Shown: positions 38,418 through 51,163, counted from the first letter of the whole stretch. The stretch: DNA of 63,768 bases, filler included, from Octopus bimaculoides (GCF_001194135.2; 6 parts of 6 records of this genome joined end to end with filler, not necessarily neighbours in it); one strand, 5' to 3'. Notes: generated from the sequence alone by a model not told the origin. Program-made: numbers and translations.

Positions 38418-41400
38418 CTAAAACACAAAATGTAAGGCTTACTGAATTACTCATGCATTATCTTGTAGCTTCAAGATTCTGATGATGTGGGTGTTTATTT
38501 TTTAGAATGACATTGTAGGGTAGGTATGAGAGGCCAGACCTGGCCATTTTGAACAAAAAACAGGGAGAATATTCAAGCTGGATTTCACCAGTTTAAATGC
38601 TAAAGGATTAAATACCAATTGATCCTATTTAATCTGTTTTCAATGCAAAATTACAATGTATGAGTTGTTACTCCTTACTCTTTTCATACCAAGAGTAAGG
38701 TATTTTTTTATATTGTCAAATCTCTCTTAACTCACAACCTACTATCTTTTCTTAAAAAAAGAATGGGTACATTAGCAGGGTTTCTAAAATAAAGTTGGAA
38801 TTTACAAAAAAGCAAAAGACGGGTGTAAACAATAAACAGGTGCGCTCAGGAAGGTGAGAAAGTCTTTTGCGCTTCAAGCCTACATTCTTCAACAGAAAGG
38901 AACACGAGAAAATAAACAGAGAGAATAAAAATAGCTTTAGTGATGGATATTTGTCCTCATCTTGTTTGTTGTTAACACGTTTCGGCTGATATATCCTCCA
39001 GCCTTTATCAGGTGTCTTGGGGAAATTTCGAACCTGGGTTCTCATTCCTAAGGTATTTTTCGATGTTGTTGTTGTTATTATTATTCGCCGCTGGACTGGC
39101 TCCTGTGTAGGTGGCACATAAAATGCACCATTTTGAGCATGGCCGTTGCCAGTACCGCCTGAGTTGCCTTCGTGCCGGTGGCACGTAAAAGCACCCACTA
39201 CACTCTCGGAGTGGTTGGCGTTAGGAAGGGCATCCAGCTGTAGCCATCTGGTTTCACCAGTCCTTAGTCAAATCGTCCAACCCATGCTAGCATGGAAAGC
39301 GGACGTTAAACGATGATGAGGTCACTGCCTGCAATCAAACTCAGAATCTTGGGGTTAGCAGCCCACGCTCTAAACCACTACGCCACATGCCCATGGGCAT
39401 ATAGTACTGTATTATCTTTGTCGATATTAAACTGGTGTTTGAAGCATAAATTGACATGAAATTTTGACAGATGATTTTAATTTAGATCCATTAAAACAGG
39501 AAGCTTGTATCACAGAACTAAGAGTGGTGGTCTCAAGTGGATTGGTATGAAAAGAGTAAGGAGTAACAACTCATACCTAGTGGGAGTATGTGTGATTGAA
39601 ATGGAGTACCTTAACGTAGTTCTTGGGGATATTCAGCGTGACACAGTGTGACAAGGCTGACCTTTTGAATTACAGGTACAACAGAAACAGGAAGAAAGAG
39701 TGAGAGAAAGTTGTGGTGAAAGAGTACAGCAGGGTTCGCCACCATCCCCTGCCGGAGCCTCGTGGAGCTTTTAGGTGTTTTCGCTCAATAAACACTCACA
39801 ACGCCCAGTCTGGGAATCTGGGAATCGAAACTGCGATCCTATGACCACGAGTCTGCTGCCCTAACCACTGGGCCATTGCGCCTCCACTGTCTTATTAAAA
39901 TACTTGTTTTTCAAAGTGAGTCAGAAAGTGAATAACAACAGTTACCTGATCGATAAGTATATCAGCAAATGGACTTCCATTCTTCTTGATCAAACTGCAG
40001 GCATCATAAGCCTAAGTGTATGAAGAAACACAATTTAAGAAACAGACTTCAAAGTGATCAGTTCTTTGAATATTTCATGATTAAACCTGATTGTTTACTG
40101 ATATGTTGCTTTCCTCAAGTTATGTACACATCTGTGGATTGTGCGTGTCAGATAGAGAGAGAGAGAGGGAGTGTGAATGTTCGCAAAACGCTGATTTATT
40201 GAATGTGACATCACAATTTGCAGTTCAGCAAGAATCAATGACGTCATCATTTGTAGCCCAGCAACAATCAGTGACATCATCATTTGCAGTTCAACAACAA
40301 TCAGTGACATCATCATTTGTAGCCCAGCAACAATTAGTGACATCATCATTTGCAGTTCAGCAAGAATCAATGACGTCATCATTTGGAGCCCAGCAACAAT
40401 TAGTGACATCATCATTTGCAGTTCAGCAACAATCAGTGACATCATCATTTGTAGCCCAGCAACATTTAGTGAGTATTAATTGAAACAGCTGTAAGGTATA
40501 ATGGTTGATTTGTTGTTCATAATAAACATTTACTAACTTCACAATCTCCATTTTCCTTTTCTTCCTCTGTGTGTCTGTGCGTCCTTGTCTTGACATCATG
40601 TGATGGTGGTATGAGTGTCATTTGATTCTAATCTTCCATGAGAAACATAGCAGTCCATGGAAGGGGAGGGGATATTACTTTGCTCTGAACAGGTGATGGT
40701 CGCTTGGACAGGACAGTATCATGTTTTAACAATGCTGCTGCTGCTGCTGATGATGATAAAATTAATTAATACTTACATGCCAACCATCTTCCTTTTCACC
40801 CAAATACCCAGTAAAGGCCTTTTTGCCCCAGTTACAATTAACTGGGTTACAGATTGGTGCGAAGGCACTCACAGACTTATACTCTGTTGGATTCTTTAAA
40901 GCGATCGTCAAGGCACCATGTCCACCCATGCTGCAATATAAAGAAGGAGATAATTAGAAGGTAATTATAGGTGCAGGTGTAGCAGAGAGGTAAGAAGGCG
41001 GGGAGCTGGCAGAAACGTTAGCACGCCGGGCGAAATGCTTAGCGGTATTTCGTCTGCCGTTACGTTCTGAGTTCAAATTCCGCAGAGGTCGACTTTACCT
41101 TTTATCCTTTCGGGGTCGATAAATTAAGTACCAGTTACACACTGGGGTCGATGTAATCGGCTTAATCCCTTTGCCTGTCCTTGTTTGACCCCTTGTGGGC
41201 ATTAAAGAAGTAAGAAGTTTGCTTCTCAACCACATGGCTCCAGGTTTAGTCCCACTACCTGGCAGATTGGGCGAATGTCTTCAACTATAGCCTCAAGTAG
41301 ATCAAACCCTTGTGAGTGGATTTGAGAGACAGAAACTAAAAGAAGCCCATTGTATATATGTTTGTGCATATGTACATGTATGTATGTGTGTGTGTGTGTG

Positions 41401-42668
41401 TGTGTGTCCAACCTCATTTTGACATTTTGTGATAGTCGTAAGTGAGCATCACTGTCATACAAGCAGTGATTATCAGTTCCAATAGTCTATAAAAAACATG
41501 TCGGGCCATGGGAAAATATTACGTTAATTGGAGGGGGAGTAACCGAATGGGTATCCAACTGCTAAACAGTACAGCTATCTTGCCAAACACTCTAAAAGTT
41601 GTATGGCATAACAACACAGCAGAAATATGCATGGAAGATACATAGGACTGATTGCATTCATATATTGAGGACTGAATTATCCCCCCCTTATAGAAGTCCT
41701 CCAGATTCTTAAAAACCCATATATTTCCCTGGTTAAACCTGCTCCTACTTGTTCGGACATGAACTTGCCAGGAAGAATTTGTCTGAGCATACGAAATGTC
41801 CAGTAGGTAGTCAACCCCCGTAGCTAACAGTTGCATACTGTCCTTCTCTTCCAGACTGTGAAAGCTTACCAATAATTCGAATGTGTATTTCGTGTGCAAG
41901 ATTCTTGATGTGGATACATGTGTTGAAATGCCTCTCCCAAGAATACTGTTTGTAAATTAATAAAGGACTGAACCAGTGCGTGTGTTTATTACCGGCATAA
42001 TGCCTCTCCCAAGAAAGGTTTAATTGTCTTACCAATAATGTTTAATCTAAAATCAGTGAAATTTTAAGACTTCATATTGTTATGAGCAAGGGACAAGGAA
42101 TGCCAAATAGTTAATGAAAAAAATTTCTAACTCACCTATGACCAAAAATTGATTTCTTTTCTGGTAAAACTGGGAAGTTGGATTCTATCAATTTTGGCAG
42201 CTGAAATACATCAAAGTCACAGTTTGTTAGACATGAGTCTAAAAATAATAATAATAATGACATAAAATAAATGTGGTGGTTGAGGAGGAGATGAGGTAAT
42301 GAGTGCTTCGTACCAACATACACCGGAAAAGGTAATGGATGAAAACGAGAAGGTAAAAATCCCCTGGATTTTGACTTCCAGACTGACAAAGTGGGGGAGC
42401 ACTGAAGGCTGGATATAGTAACCTTTAGAGAGGACAAACAAGAGTGCCTAATAATCGATGGGACAGTGCCAGAACAACATATTATCATGAAAGAAAGAGA
42501 AGGTTGACAAATATGGAGACTTGAGAATTGTGATTGCCAAGATGTGGCAGCTACGAGAGTCAAACATAAAGGTGGTTCCTACTGTCATCAGAGCATTGGG
42601 TTCAATACCACCCAACCTGAAGAAACATCTGGAAACTTCAGAAATAGTGATTCTGTCAGCTTGCCACC

Positions 42669-42709
<41 letters not shown>

Positions 42710-42922
42710 CCTGTCTACTACAGGCGTGAGGCCTGAAATTTTGGTGGAGGAGAAGAGTCGATTACATCGACCCCAGTGCGTAACTGGTATTTAGTTTATC
42801 GACCCCGAAAGGATGAACAACAATGTCGACCCTGGTGGAATTTGAACTCAGAATGTAGCGACGGGTGAAATACTGCTACGCATTTCGTCCAGCATGCTAA
42901 CGACTCTGCTACCTCGCCACCT

Positions 42923-42961
<39 letters not shown>

Positions 42962-45947
42962 CCTTTCAACTATAGGCATAAAGCCTGAAATTTGAGAGGA
43001 GGACCTTAGTCGACTCAGTGTTTGATTGATCCTTATTTTATTGACCCTGAAAGGATGAAAGGAAAGATTGACCTCTGCAGAATTTGAACTCAGAATATAT
43101 TCACCTTGTATCTTGACCTTATGACTCTGTCTCTCTCTCCTCCCCTTTCAAGATGGACAGGCCATGCATCCACCTCAACAGCAAGGCACCTGTTCCTATC
43201 CCTCTACTTCTTTGTTATATTTGAAATAACTGAAACACAGAGCATCTCAAAATATATACAGTAATGAAAGGGTTAAAGCATGTAATATAGGTCCAACTTC
43301 GTACATAGGACCTGGGGTGATTTTTTTTAAAGACAAAAATATGCATCTTATACACCATAAATTAATTATAATTAAAAAAAACAAAAAAACTACCATGTTG
43401 TAAAACGGTAGAATTTACCTCTTTGACAATGTAAGAATACATTCGGTAGTTGGTGCTCCATTTTGGTTGAGTTGCATCCAAATAGAAACCGGCACCAGAA
43501 CCAAAGTCATAGCTATCATCTTCGCCCTCAATGTTACAGCCCCCTGTAAAATGTGAAGGACAACAATAATGCAAACAACTATATATATATAAACAATACA
43601 TGAGTATATGCATATATATGTACATACCTTCATCTACATGTACACATAGATACATAACTGGGTACATGACGTGGCAAAAGAACATGGACAAAATGATAAA
43701 CAAGGTACAACAAACAAGCAAGCCACATAGAAACATCTCCTTCATCAGCTGCCACCATTAAAACACTGGCGTTTCGAAGATTTAAGATATATATATATAT
43801 ATAACATTACATAATATATATATATATATATTTATATATCAACATCATATATATATATATATATATACACACACATATATATATGTATGTATTTGGTGAA
43901 GCAACAGAGGAGTTGCTGTATAGAAATGGCTAAAACTGTATACTTACTTGGACTTGTGTCAGGTGCAACAACGATGATGTTGTGTTCTGCTGCATATCTT
44001 TGGAAACCAGATTTTGTTGTGAAATTTTGCTCAGTACATGTCAAACCTGGGGGGGAAGAAATTAAAGAGAAATGGTAGAATGAAAAGGTNNNNNNNNNNN
44101 NNNNNNNNNNNNNNNNNNNNNNNNNNNNNNNNNNNNNNNNNNNNNNNNNNNNNNNNNNNNNNNNNNNNNNNNNNNNNNNNNNNNNNNNNNNNNNNNNNNN
44201 NNNNNNNNNNNNNNNNNNNNNNNNNNNNNNNNNNNNNNNNNNNNNNNNNNNNNNNNNNNNNNNNNNNNNNNNNNNNNNNNNNNNNNNNNNNNNNNNNNNN
44301 NNNNNNNNNNNNNNNNNNNNNNNNNNNNNNNNNNNNNNNNNNNNNNNNNNNNNNNNNNNNNNNNNNNNNNNNNNNNNNNNNNNNNNNNNNNNNNNNNNNN
44401 NNNNNNNNNNNNNNNNNNNNNNNNNNNNNNNNNNNNNNNNNNNNNNNNNNNNNNNNNNNNNNNNNNNNNNNNNNNNNNNNNNNNNNNNNNNNNNNNNNNN
44501 NNATATATATATATATATATATATATACACGACAGGCTTCTTTCAGTTTCCATCTACCTAATCTACTCACAAGGCTCTGATCAGCCTGAGGCTATAGTAA
44601 AAGAGACTTGCCCAAGGTGCCACACAGTTGGGACTGAACCTGGAACCATGTGGTTGCTAAGCAAGCTACTTACCCCACAGCCACTCCTATGCCTATACAC
44701 ACACAACAGGCTTCTTTTAACATTAGGTTACCAAATTCAGTCAAAAGTCTTCAGTCAGCTGGAACTATAGTAGAAGACATTTGCCAAAGGTACCATGCAT
44801 TGGAACTGATCCTGGGACCATGTAGTGGGAAAGCAAATTTCTTCCCGCAGGGCCACAATTTAATGATGATGATTAGGTTGTTGTACCAGAAAGGGTCAGT
44901 TGTTCTCCCCTGCCATCTAACCAAGTACCAGTAATTGAATCAGGAACTAAAGGAATTAAACTCACCAGAAAGCCAATAGAGCACAGGAAGTTTGCCAAAT
45001 TCAGATTTTCCAGGTAAATAAATACCAAATTTCATTTCACATTTCAATTCAGAACTGGAAAGAGAATTTGATAGATAGATGGACAGATGGACTGATAGAT
45101 GGATGGATAGACAGATAGATAGATAGCCAGACGGATGAATGAACAGACGGACGGACACATGAATAGATAGACAGACAGATAGATAGGCAGGTAGATAGGC
45201 AGATAGATAGACAGATAGGTAGGCAGATAGACAGACAGACAGATAGATAGAAAGATAGAGAGTTAGACAGATAGATAGACAGACAGATAGATAGACATAT
45301 AGACAGGTAGATAGCTAGGTAAATACACAGACAGACAGATAGATGGATGGATGGAGAGGAGAGAGATAGGTGACTTCTTGACGTCATGCACTAGTCATAA
45401 AATGAGTGACCCTGTCATACAAGCAGTGTCATTCATTTCCAATATACTGCGGAAACATGTCTGACCATGGGGGGAAATATTACCTTGTTTGGAAACAGGT
45501 GAGGGTTGGTGACTGGAAGGGCATCCAGTCACAGAAAATCTGCCTCCAATAAACCTCATCCAACTCATGCAAGCATGGTAAGGTGGACACTGAATGATAA
45601 TGATGAATAAAGAATGAAACTGACTTTTTATTAAAGTACTTCGCATAGATGTTTGTTACCGCTGGTGATAATGGTGAACCAATAGCTATGCCTCCTAATT
45701 GCTGATAAATTGTTTCAATCTGGAAACAAAGTATTCTTCGGCTCAGTCTTAATACCCCCTTGAGATTATTAAATGGTATTTAGAGTGTACACAATTATTT
45801 TCGTTGAAATAGGTAAACAAGTAAAACAGAGAAACAGGAAAAACAAAAGAAAGGAAGAAAAGAAGGATGCTGTTACCTGGAATGTTTGAAGACTTTCTGT
45901 AAGCCTCCAAAACATTTGTTCGATGACACCTGTTCAAGATTACTCAT
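38319..45947 (-). CDS. ESD: S-formylglutathione hydrolase / esterase D, 3'-partial: join(45947..45877, 45054..44966, 44046..43948, 43543..43419, 42200..42136, 40930..40777, 40011..39946, 38417..38319), 256 codons
   Basis: Spliced translation [38 protein letters not shown]...[63 protein letters not shown]...[13 protein letters not shown]...[11 protein letters not shown]...[17 protein letters not shown]... carries the GHSMGG nucleophile motif. All eight exons have AG/GT ends and phases that join in frame (768 nt). Confidence 0.96.
38930..39082 (-). mobile_element. Second copy of the hammerhead-bearing repeat, in ESD intron, degenerate core
   Basis: GACAC-CTGATAA-AGGCTG...CAGCC-GAAAC-GTGTT: G8 changed to A and the GTT triplet lost relative to the copy at 133-178. 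Confidence 0.7.
39085..39320 (+). mobile_element. Retroposon family C (RTE-like 3' tail ending in (GAT)n)
   Basis: TGGTTGGCGTTAGGAAGGGCATCCAGCTGTA...CCAACCCATGCTAGCATGGAAAGCGGACGTTAAACGATGATG. Relatives at ~37990-38300, 41430-41530, 45385-45605 and 50846-50930(-). Confidence 0.75.
39590..39886 (-). mobile_element. tRNA-derived SINE, further family
   Basis: Minus-strand head TGGAGGCGCAATGGCCCAGTGGTTAGGGCAGCAGACTCGTGGTCATAGGATCGCAGTTTCGATTCCC with A/B-box-like motifs followed by a non-tRNA body. Confidence 0.75.
39946..40011 (-). CDS. ESD: ESD coding exon 7
   Basis: [22 protein letters not shown]; CACTTAG| and CAG|GTAACT. Confidence 0.93.
40205..40468. repeat. 33-bp minisatellite, 8 units, in the ESD intron between coding exons 6 and 7
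   Basis: Unit RTGACRTCATCATTTG(CAGTT|TAGCC)CAGCAA(C|G)AAT(C|T)A. Units alternate A/B; the ATGACGTCA variant recurs at units 2 and 6. Confidence 0.97.
40777..40930 (-). CDS. ESD: ESD coding exon 6
   Basis: [52 protein letters not shown]; ATTGCAG| and CAT|GTAAGT. Not shown in the ORF track. Confidence 0.96.
40997..41215 (+). mobile_element. tRNA-derived SINE family A (Meta-domain-like core), full copy
   Basis: GGCGxGxTGGCAGAAACGTTAG...GAGTTCAAATTCCGC...GGTCGACTTT.CCTTT.ATCCTTTCGGGGTCGATAAATTAAGTACCAG. Other copies at ~10385-10468(-), 10590-10690(-), 23860-24035(-), 42708-42923(-), 42960-43100(-), 48421-48580(+), 48612-48759(+), 50246-50365(+), 50790-50845(-), 50930-51143(-), 53490-53592(-). 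Confidence 0.85.
42136..42200 (-). CDS. ESD: ESD coding exon 5
   Basis: [21 protein letters not shown]; TATTTCAG| and AG|GTGAGT. The catalytic Ser codon is split across this intron. Confidence 0.94.
42290..42650 (+). mobile_element. 3' end of an R4/NeSL-type LINE (restriction-like endonuclease), in ESD intron
   Basis: DFQTDK...DIVTF...[10 protein letters not shown]...IIMKERE / [18 protein letters not shown]...[21 protein letters not shown], followed closely by (AAT)n. Confidence 0.8.
43419..43543 (-). CDS. ESD: ESD coding exon 4
   Basis: [42 protein letters not shown]; TTTTACAG| and GAG|GTAAAT. Confidence 0.96.
43948..44046 (-). CDS. ESD: ESD coding exon 3
   Basis: [33 protein letters not shown]; CCCCCAG| and A|GTAAGT. 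Confidence 0.95.
44966..45054 (-). CDS. ESD: ESD coding exon 2
   Basis: [29 protein letters not shown]; TTTCCAG| and G|GTGAGT. Confidence 0.95.
45070..45360. repeat. Compound (GATA)/(GACA)/(GATG) microsatellite
   Basis: Read directly; explains the LSI/CLS ORFs. Confidence 0.95.
45877..45947 (-). CDS. ESD: ESD coding exon 1
   Basis: [23 protein letters not shown]; an acceptor 13 nt upstream of the ATG (TTCTTAG|, exon starts 45960) implies a further 5' non-coding exon; donor AG|GTAACA. Confidence 0.93.
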
Positions 45948-46047
45948 GATTACTTTCAAACTAAGAAATCTGACAAAAGTAGAAAAGAAACAATAGAATA
46001 CATGAAAATTCAAGGAATAATAAGAGCAGCCAATATATACATAAATA

Positions 46048-46429
46048 CCGTAAACCCTTGAGTATAATCCGCACTTTTTCCCCCAAAATTTAAAGGTCAA
46101 AATTTCTAGTGCGCACTATATACGAGGTTAAAAATGAAAAATATTTTCTAAGTGATAAATATGTAAAAGCAATTTACTTAATATTTATTTTTCACTGACG
46201 TTATTACTGTTATTTCTTTATTTTTTTGCAAAGAAAGTGCACAAAAAGGCTATACGTTTGCATTATGTTATATATACAATAATAATAAAGGAGGNNNNNN
46301 NNNNTATATACGTTTACAAACCAAGGACGTTATATAGACCTCCTTGACTGAAGTCAGAGAAGGGGTGCGTATTATACAAAAGGTTTAGGTTTTTCAGAGG
46401 TACAGCCCCCTAAAAATCCCCTGCGTATT
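46048..46429. mobile_element. pogo/Tigger-like non-autonomous element
   Basis: TA|CCGTAAACCCTTGAGTATAATCCGCAC terminus and internal GTGCGTATTATAC repeats; runs into a gap. Confidence 0.55.
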
Positions 46430-47237
46430 NNNNNNNNNNNNNNNNNNNNNNNNNNNNNNNNNNNNNNNNNNNNNNNNNNNNNNNNNNNNNNNNNNNNNNN
46501 NNNNNNNNNNNNNNNNNNNNNNNNNNNNNTGGTTGGTAAGCAAGCTACTTACCACACAGCCACTCCTACGCCTATTTTTATTCACTTATTTATTCACATT
46601 GTTTTGAATTCATCATGCATTATTTTGTAGCTTTGTCATTTTGATGAGGTTACTGTTAATTTTTATAATGATATGGTAAGGTTGGTGTTAATTCAACCAT
46701 GCTAACAGGTTCAAGGTCTTGTCACTGGCCCTTTTTCCTATTGAGTAAACATCTAGAGCGACATGCAGTACATGACTAAATAAACAAGAGATAAAGTACA
46801 GTGTTTTATCAACTTTAATGAGGTTACTAATTATGATTTATGCCAGCTAAAGCACAGCCAGGCTGTCTTATCTGTGACAAAGCTTTACACAAAGTCAGTC
46901 TGTCTGTTGTGTAAGATAGATCTCCTGTCAGTCTGACATTTTCACGTGTTTTTTTTTTTTTTTTTACTTGGAGAGGAAGGTAAGGATGAAGTAGATTTTT
47001 CACTGCCGCCGCCACCACCACCAGTAAATTTATTGAAAGGAGGAGGAGTAGGAGGAGCAGAGCAATGACAGACCAAAGGCTTATAGTATAAAGGATGGGC
47101 AACATTTCGTCAACTGGGGGCCTGCGCATCGTACCATTTCCAAGTGGGAGAGGGCCGCATGATAAAACACATATGCATGAAATATTACTTGCCCACTTTA
47201 CACTGAATTTGCAGCTTTTTTTATCTTTATTTGTCTA

Positions 47238-47822
47238 GCCTGCTTACCAACCACATGGTTCCAGGTTCAGACCCACTGCGTGGCACCTTGGGCAAGTGTC
47301 TTCTACTATAGCCTCGGGCCGACCAAAGCCTTGTGAGTGGATTTGGTAGACGGAAACTGAACGAAGCCCGTCNNNNNNNNNNNNNNNNNNNNNNNNNNNN
47401 NNNNNNNNNNNNNNNNNNNNNNNNNNNNNNNNNNNNNNNNNNNNNNNNNNNNNNNNNNNNNNNNNNNNNNNNNNNNNNNNNNNNNNNNNNNNNNNNNNNN
47501 NNNNNNNNNNNNNNNNNNNNNNNNNNNNNNNNNNNNNNNNNNNNNNNNNNNNNNNNNNNNNNNNNNNNNNNNNNNNNNNNNNNNNGTATATATGTATATA
47601 TATATATGTATGTGCGTGTGTTTGTGTGTCTGTGTTTGTACCCCCACCATCGCTTGACAACCGATGCTGGTGTGTTTACGTCCCCGTAACTTAGCGGTTC
47701 GGCAAAAGAGACCGATTGAATAAGTACTAGGCTTACAAAGAATAAGTCCTGGGGTCGATTTGCTCGACTAAAGGCGGTGCTCCAGCATGGCCACAGTCAA
47801 ATGACTGAAACAAGTAAAAGAG
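47238..47822 (+). mobile_element. tRNA-derived SINE family B (CORE-like), copy interrupted by a gap
   Basis: GCTTACCAACCACATGGTTCC.GGTTCAG.CCCACTGCGTGGCACCTTGGGCAAGTGTCTTCTACTATAGCC...GACTGAAACAAGTAAAAGA. Other copies at ~16010-16190(-), 22590-22890(+), 30960-31175(-), 41220-41420(+), 44525-44860(-), 46530-46575(-), 52850-53140(+), 53295-53345(+), 53700-54000(-). Confidence 0.85.
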
Positions 47823-49799
47823 TAGTATGAAAGTTTGCATTAAGCTGGGCCTCTCTTCCCATTATTTCCTAATGATAATGATGATGATTACTAGTGTAAA
47901 TAAATTATAGTTTAAAATATTGAGGCCAAAAAAAAAAAATTATTGATATTTTATTAAAGAACAAATTCCATTATCTGTATCAATGAGATTTTTGCATATT
48001 CACATTCTTTACCATATTTTCAATATTAGATAGAATTTGAGATGTCACTACTCTTAGGTTATACTGCAAATTAGTAACCTAGAAACTCATCGAAGGCCGC
48101 AGGTTGTCCATGCATGGCTTATACCAAGAATGAGCCAGCAGACCAGGGGAGGAGAATGGTAGCTGAGAAAGGGTACCTACCCCTTATTGCTCAAGCTTAT
48201 CCAGGATTTTAAGGATTTTCTTGATTGACTCTAGGGGGCTACTCATCAATAATGAGGGCATTGTGGGTATTTTTTCTAAATTCTTATTTTTATACGTTTT
48301 TTATATAAATTTCCTTCTCACCTTCCTCAACTGTGTCGTATCTTGCCCTTTGTACTGTTCTCACTTAGCTCTTGTAGCTAAACTCATTTGGAAAAAGGCA
48401 GTGATAAGATTATGAAGATTAAGGCGGCGTGCTGGACGAAATGCTTTGCAGTGTTTCGTCCGTCTTTACGTTCTGAGTTCAAATTCCGCATTGGCCTTCT
48501 TTGCCTTTCATCCTTACGGGGTCGATAAATTAAGAACTAGTGAAAAACTGGGGTCGATGTAATCGACTATTCCCCTCTGCAAAGGATTATTTTTATTATC
48601 ATTTTAAAGAGACGGCGAGCTGGCACAATCGTTAGCACGCCGGACGAAATGCTTGGCAGTATTTCGTCCGTCTTTACGGTCTGAGTTCAAATTCCGCCGA
48701 GGTTAACTTTGCTTTTCATCCTTTCGGGGTGGATAAAATAAGTACCAGTTGGACATTGGNNNNNNNNNNNNNNNNNNNNNNNNNNNNNNNNNNNNNNNNN
48801 NNNNNNNNNNNNNNNNNNNNNNNNNNNNNNNNNNNNNNNNNNNNNNNNNNNNNNNNNNNNNNNNNNNNNNNNNNNNNNNNNNNNNNNNNNNNNNNNNNNN
48901 NNNNNNNNNNNNNNNNNNNNNNNNNNNNNNNNNNNNNNNNNNNNNNNNNNNNNNNNNNNNNNNNNNNNNNNNNNNNNNNNNNNNNNNNNNNNNNNNNNNN
49001 NNNCCAAAGTTATGAAGAAAATGCTGAACAGGAATATTAAATCGAATTTAGCATTTGATCACTGATTTATTTTATCGACCTCGTATGGGCAAAAGGGAAA
49101 GCTGACCTTGACAGAAATTAAAATAAAGGGATAGCTAGAGGCATTTATCTGGGGTTAATAAAATAGTGATTCTTCCAACGTCTGCAAGAATGCTTAATCG
49201 AATATGCAGAATCTCTGTTAAATATGAGGTTTAAATTATTATACACATATGGTGCTTAAAACAAGGGAGGGGGGTAAGGTCGTTTCCGTTAGAATCCGAG
49301 AGAGAAACCTAACAAACCCTAAACTAAATACTGTAAGGGGTTTACAGTCCAACTACTACGCTATAAACCAGTCTAGCTCATTCACTAAAAACTAACCGTT
49401 AACATTTTATATGCCACAAACCGACGAAGAATTTTGCAGTCGTTCGGCCTGCTAAATATACCACCCCGAAATCATACTCTAGTCATTGAAAATAAAGGAC
49501 GTGTTAGATAATGTGATCTTGTTTGTTGTACATAAGAAACAGATCATTACGATCGGAACGTTTTTGGTTTATAAGCTATACGTATAGAAGAGTGATGTAT
49601 GCCGGTTCATAGATCTATTTGGCCAGAGTTGACTTGGGGCTTGTTAATTTGTTACACCAAGATAATATTCACAATTAGACTGCGTAAATAATTAAACACT
49701 TAACATAGTTACAATGTTTTTCTTCTACACAAGAAGAGCAAGTTAATATATAAAAAGACACAGAGAAATAAAGCGACAATTAAGATCTTAATTACGTAC

Positions 49800-49925
49800 C
49801 TGCGTCCAAAGGAGAAACTTTTGAATTGACTAAGGAAAGCTAACTGCGTTAGAAACATAACAGGGAATTCGTATTTGTCTCTCTTGCCTTGTCACATTTC
49901 TTTATCTTTTGTGACCAACCAATGA
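49800..49925 (-). promoter_or_regulatory. ESD: Putative ESD non-coding first exon and proximal promoter
   Basis: Strong minus-strand donor CAG|GTACGT at 49800/49799 in unique, non-repeat sequence, with a CCAAT box at 49919-49923. ESD coding exon 1 needs an upstream exon. Inference only; transcription start not determined. Confidence 0.45.
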
Positions 49926-51163
49926 GAGGCCACAATATGATCACAGGCCTTTGCTAGAAATAGCTCCTAAATTTCATTCAAATTAGGTGTAGAATACCCG
50001 CCCACCTGTTTTCGCTTTTGTTGTTTGTGTTACAGATTCCGATATAAGCGTACTTTCATATTATAATAGTTTATTCAAAAACCGAGGTCGGCCTTGCTTT
50101 CGTTCTTTCGGGTTCGATGTAATCTAGAATAAAAATTACTTCTTAACTGGTTCAATCAGTAAATAGGTTAACATTGACATTCATGCAAGTGTTACGTGGG
50201 TCAGACGCAACACGTTATATTTGTCATTATTTGCTCGTACTCTTAGTGGCGAGCTGGCAGAATCGTTAGTTCGCCGGACAAAATGTTTTGTGGCATTTCG
50301 TCAGTCTTTATGTTCTGGGTTCAGATCCCGCCGAGGTCGTCTGCTTTTCATCCTTTCGGGGAATAAGCGGAGCAAGAGCACACACGAAGACGGAAAGTAT
50401 CGCTGTAGACGTCACAGATGTGTGACGAAAGATTTCCAGACAATGGATATGAGTTAGAACAAGAATAAACGAGTGAAGATCGAAATATATAGTGCATGTG
50501 TTTATTTGGCTAAAAACGAAATGACAGTTCTAAAAAGCAACTATATATATATATATCTAATCTATTTGGCTACCAGCATCAATTTTGTTCGAATTGATTC
50601 GATATTCAGTGTAATGTTACACTTTTATTGGTGAATGAATGACGTGAATATCCCAATTTCTTAAATTTTCACTTAAAAAAAAAAAAATTTTTTTTTCGCG
50701 AAATACGCAGAAAAATCGGAGATTATGATTCTGAAAAATAAATTTGGTAAAATTTCAATTCCTGAATTCCGAACATAACAACAGGTGAAATACCACGAAG
50801 CATTTCGCCCAGTGTGCTAATGATTCTGCCAGCCCACCGCCTTAATCATCATCATCATTATCGTTTAACGTCCGCTTTCCATGCTAGCATGGGTTGGACG
50901 ATTTGACTGAGGACTGGTGAAACCAGATCCTTTCTATTAAAGGCACAATGCCTGAAATTTGGTGGGAGGGGTCTAGTTGATTACATCGACCCCAGTGTTT
51001 CACTGCTATTTAATTCATTGACCCTAAGAGGATGAAAGGCAAAATCGACCTCAGTGAAATTTGAACTCAGAATGTAGTGACGGGTGAAATGTCTCTAAGC
51101 ATTTTGTCCAGCGTGCTAACGATTCTGCCAGTTCACCGTTTTAATAATAATAACAACAATGAT

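Noticed and set aside
39820-39886. tRNA-like sequence (also at ~57998, ~41000, ~52850)
   Set aside because: No complete cloverleaf; each runs into a SINE body, so these are SINE heads.
40205-40468. CRISPR-like regular repeat
   Set aside because: Units are contiguous with no unique spacers, and the context is a eukaryotic intron.
41519-41899. 126-aa minus-strand ORF in an ESD intron
   Set aside because: Non-ATG start, runs into a SINE tail, and no domain recognised; probably an unclassified repeat fragment.
46827-47129. ORF with a signal-peptide or TM-like poly-Leu stretch
   Set aside because: Poly-L derives from (CCT)n-type repeats, it lies in an ESD 5' intron, and its exon boundaries are unconvincing.
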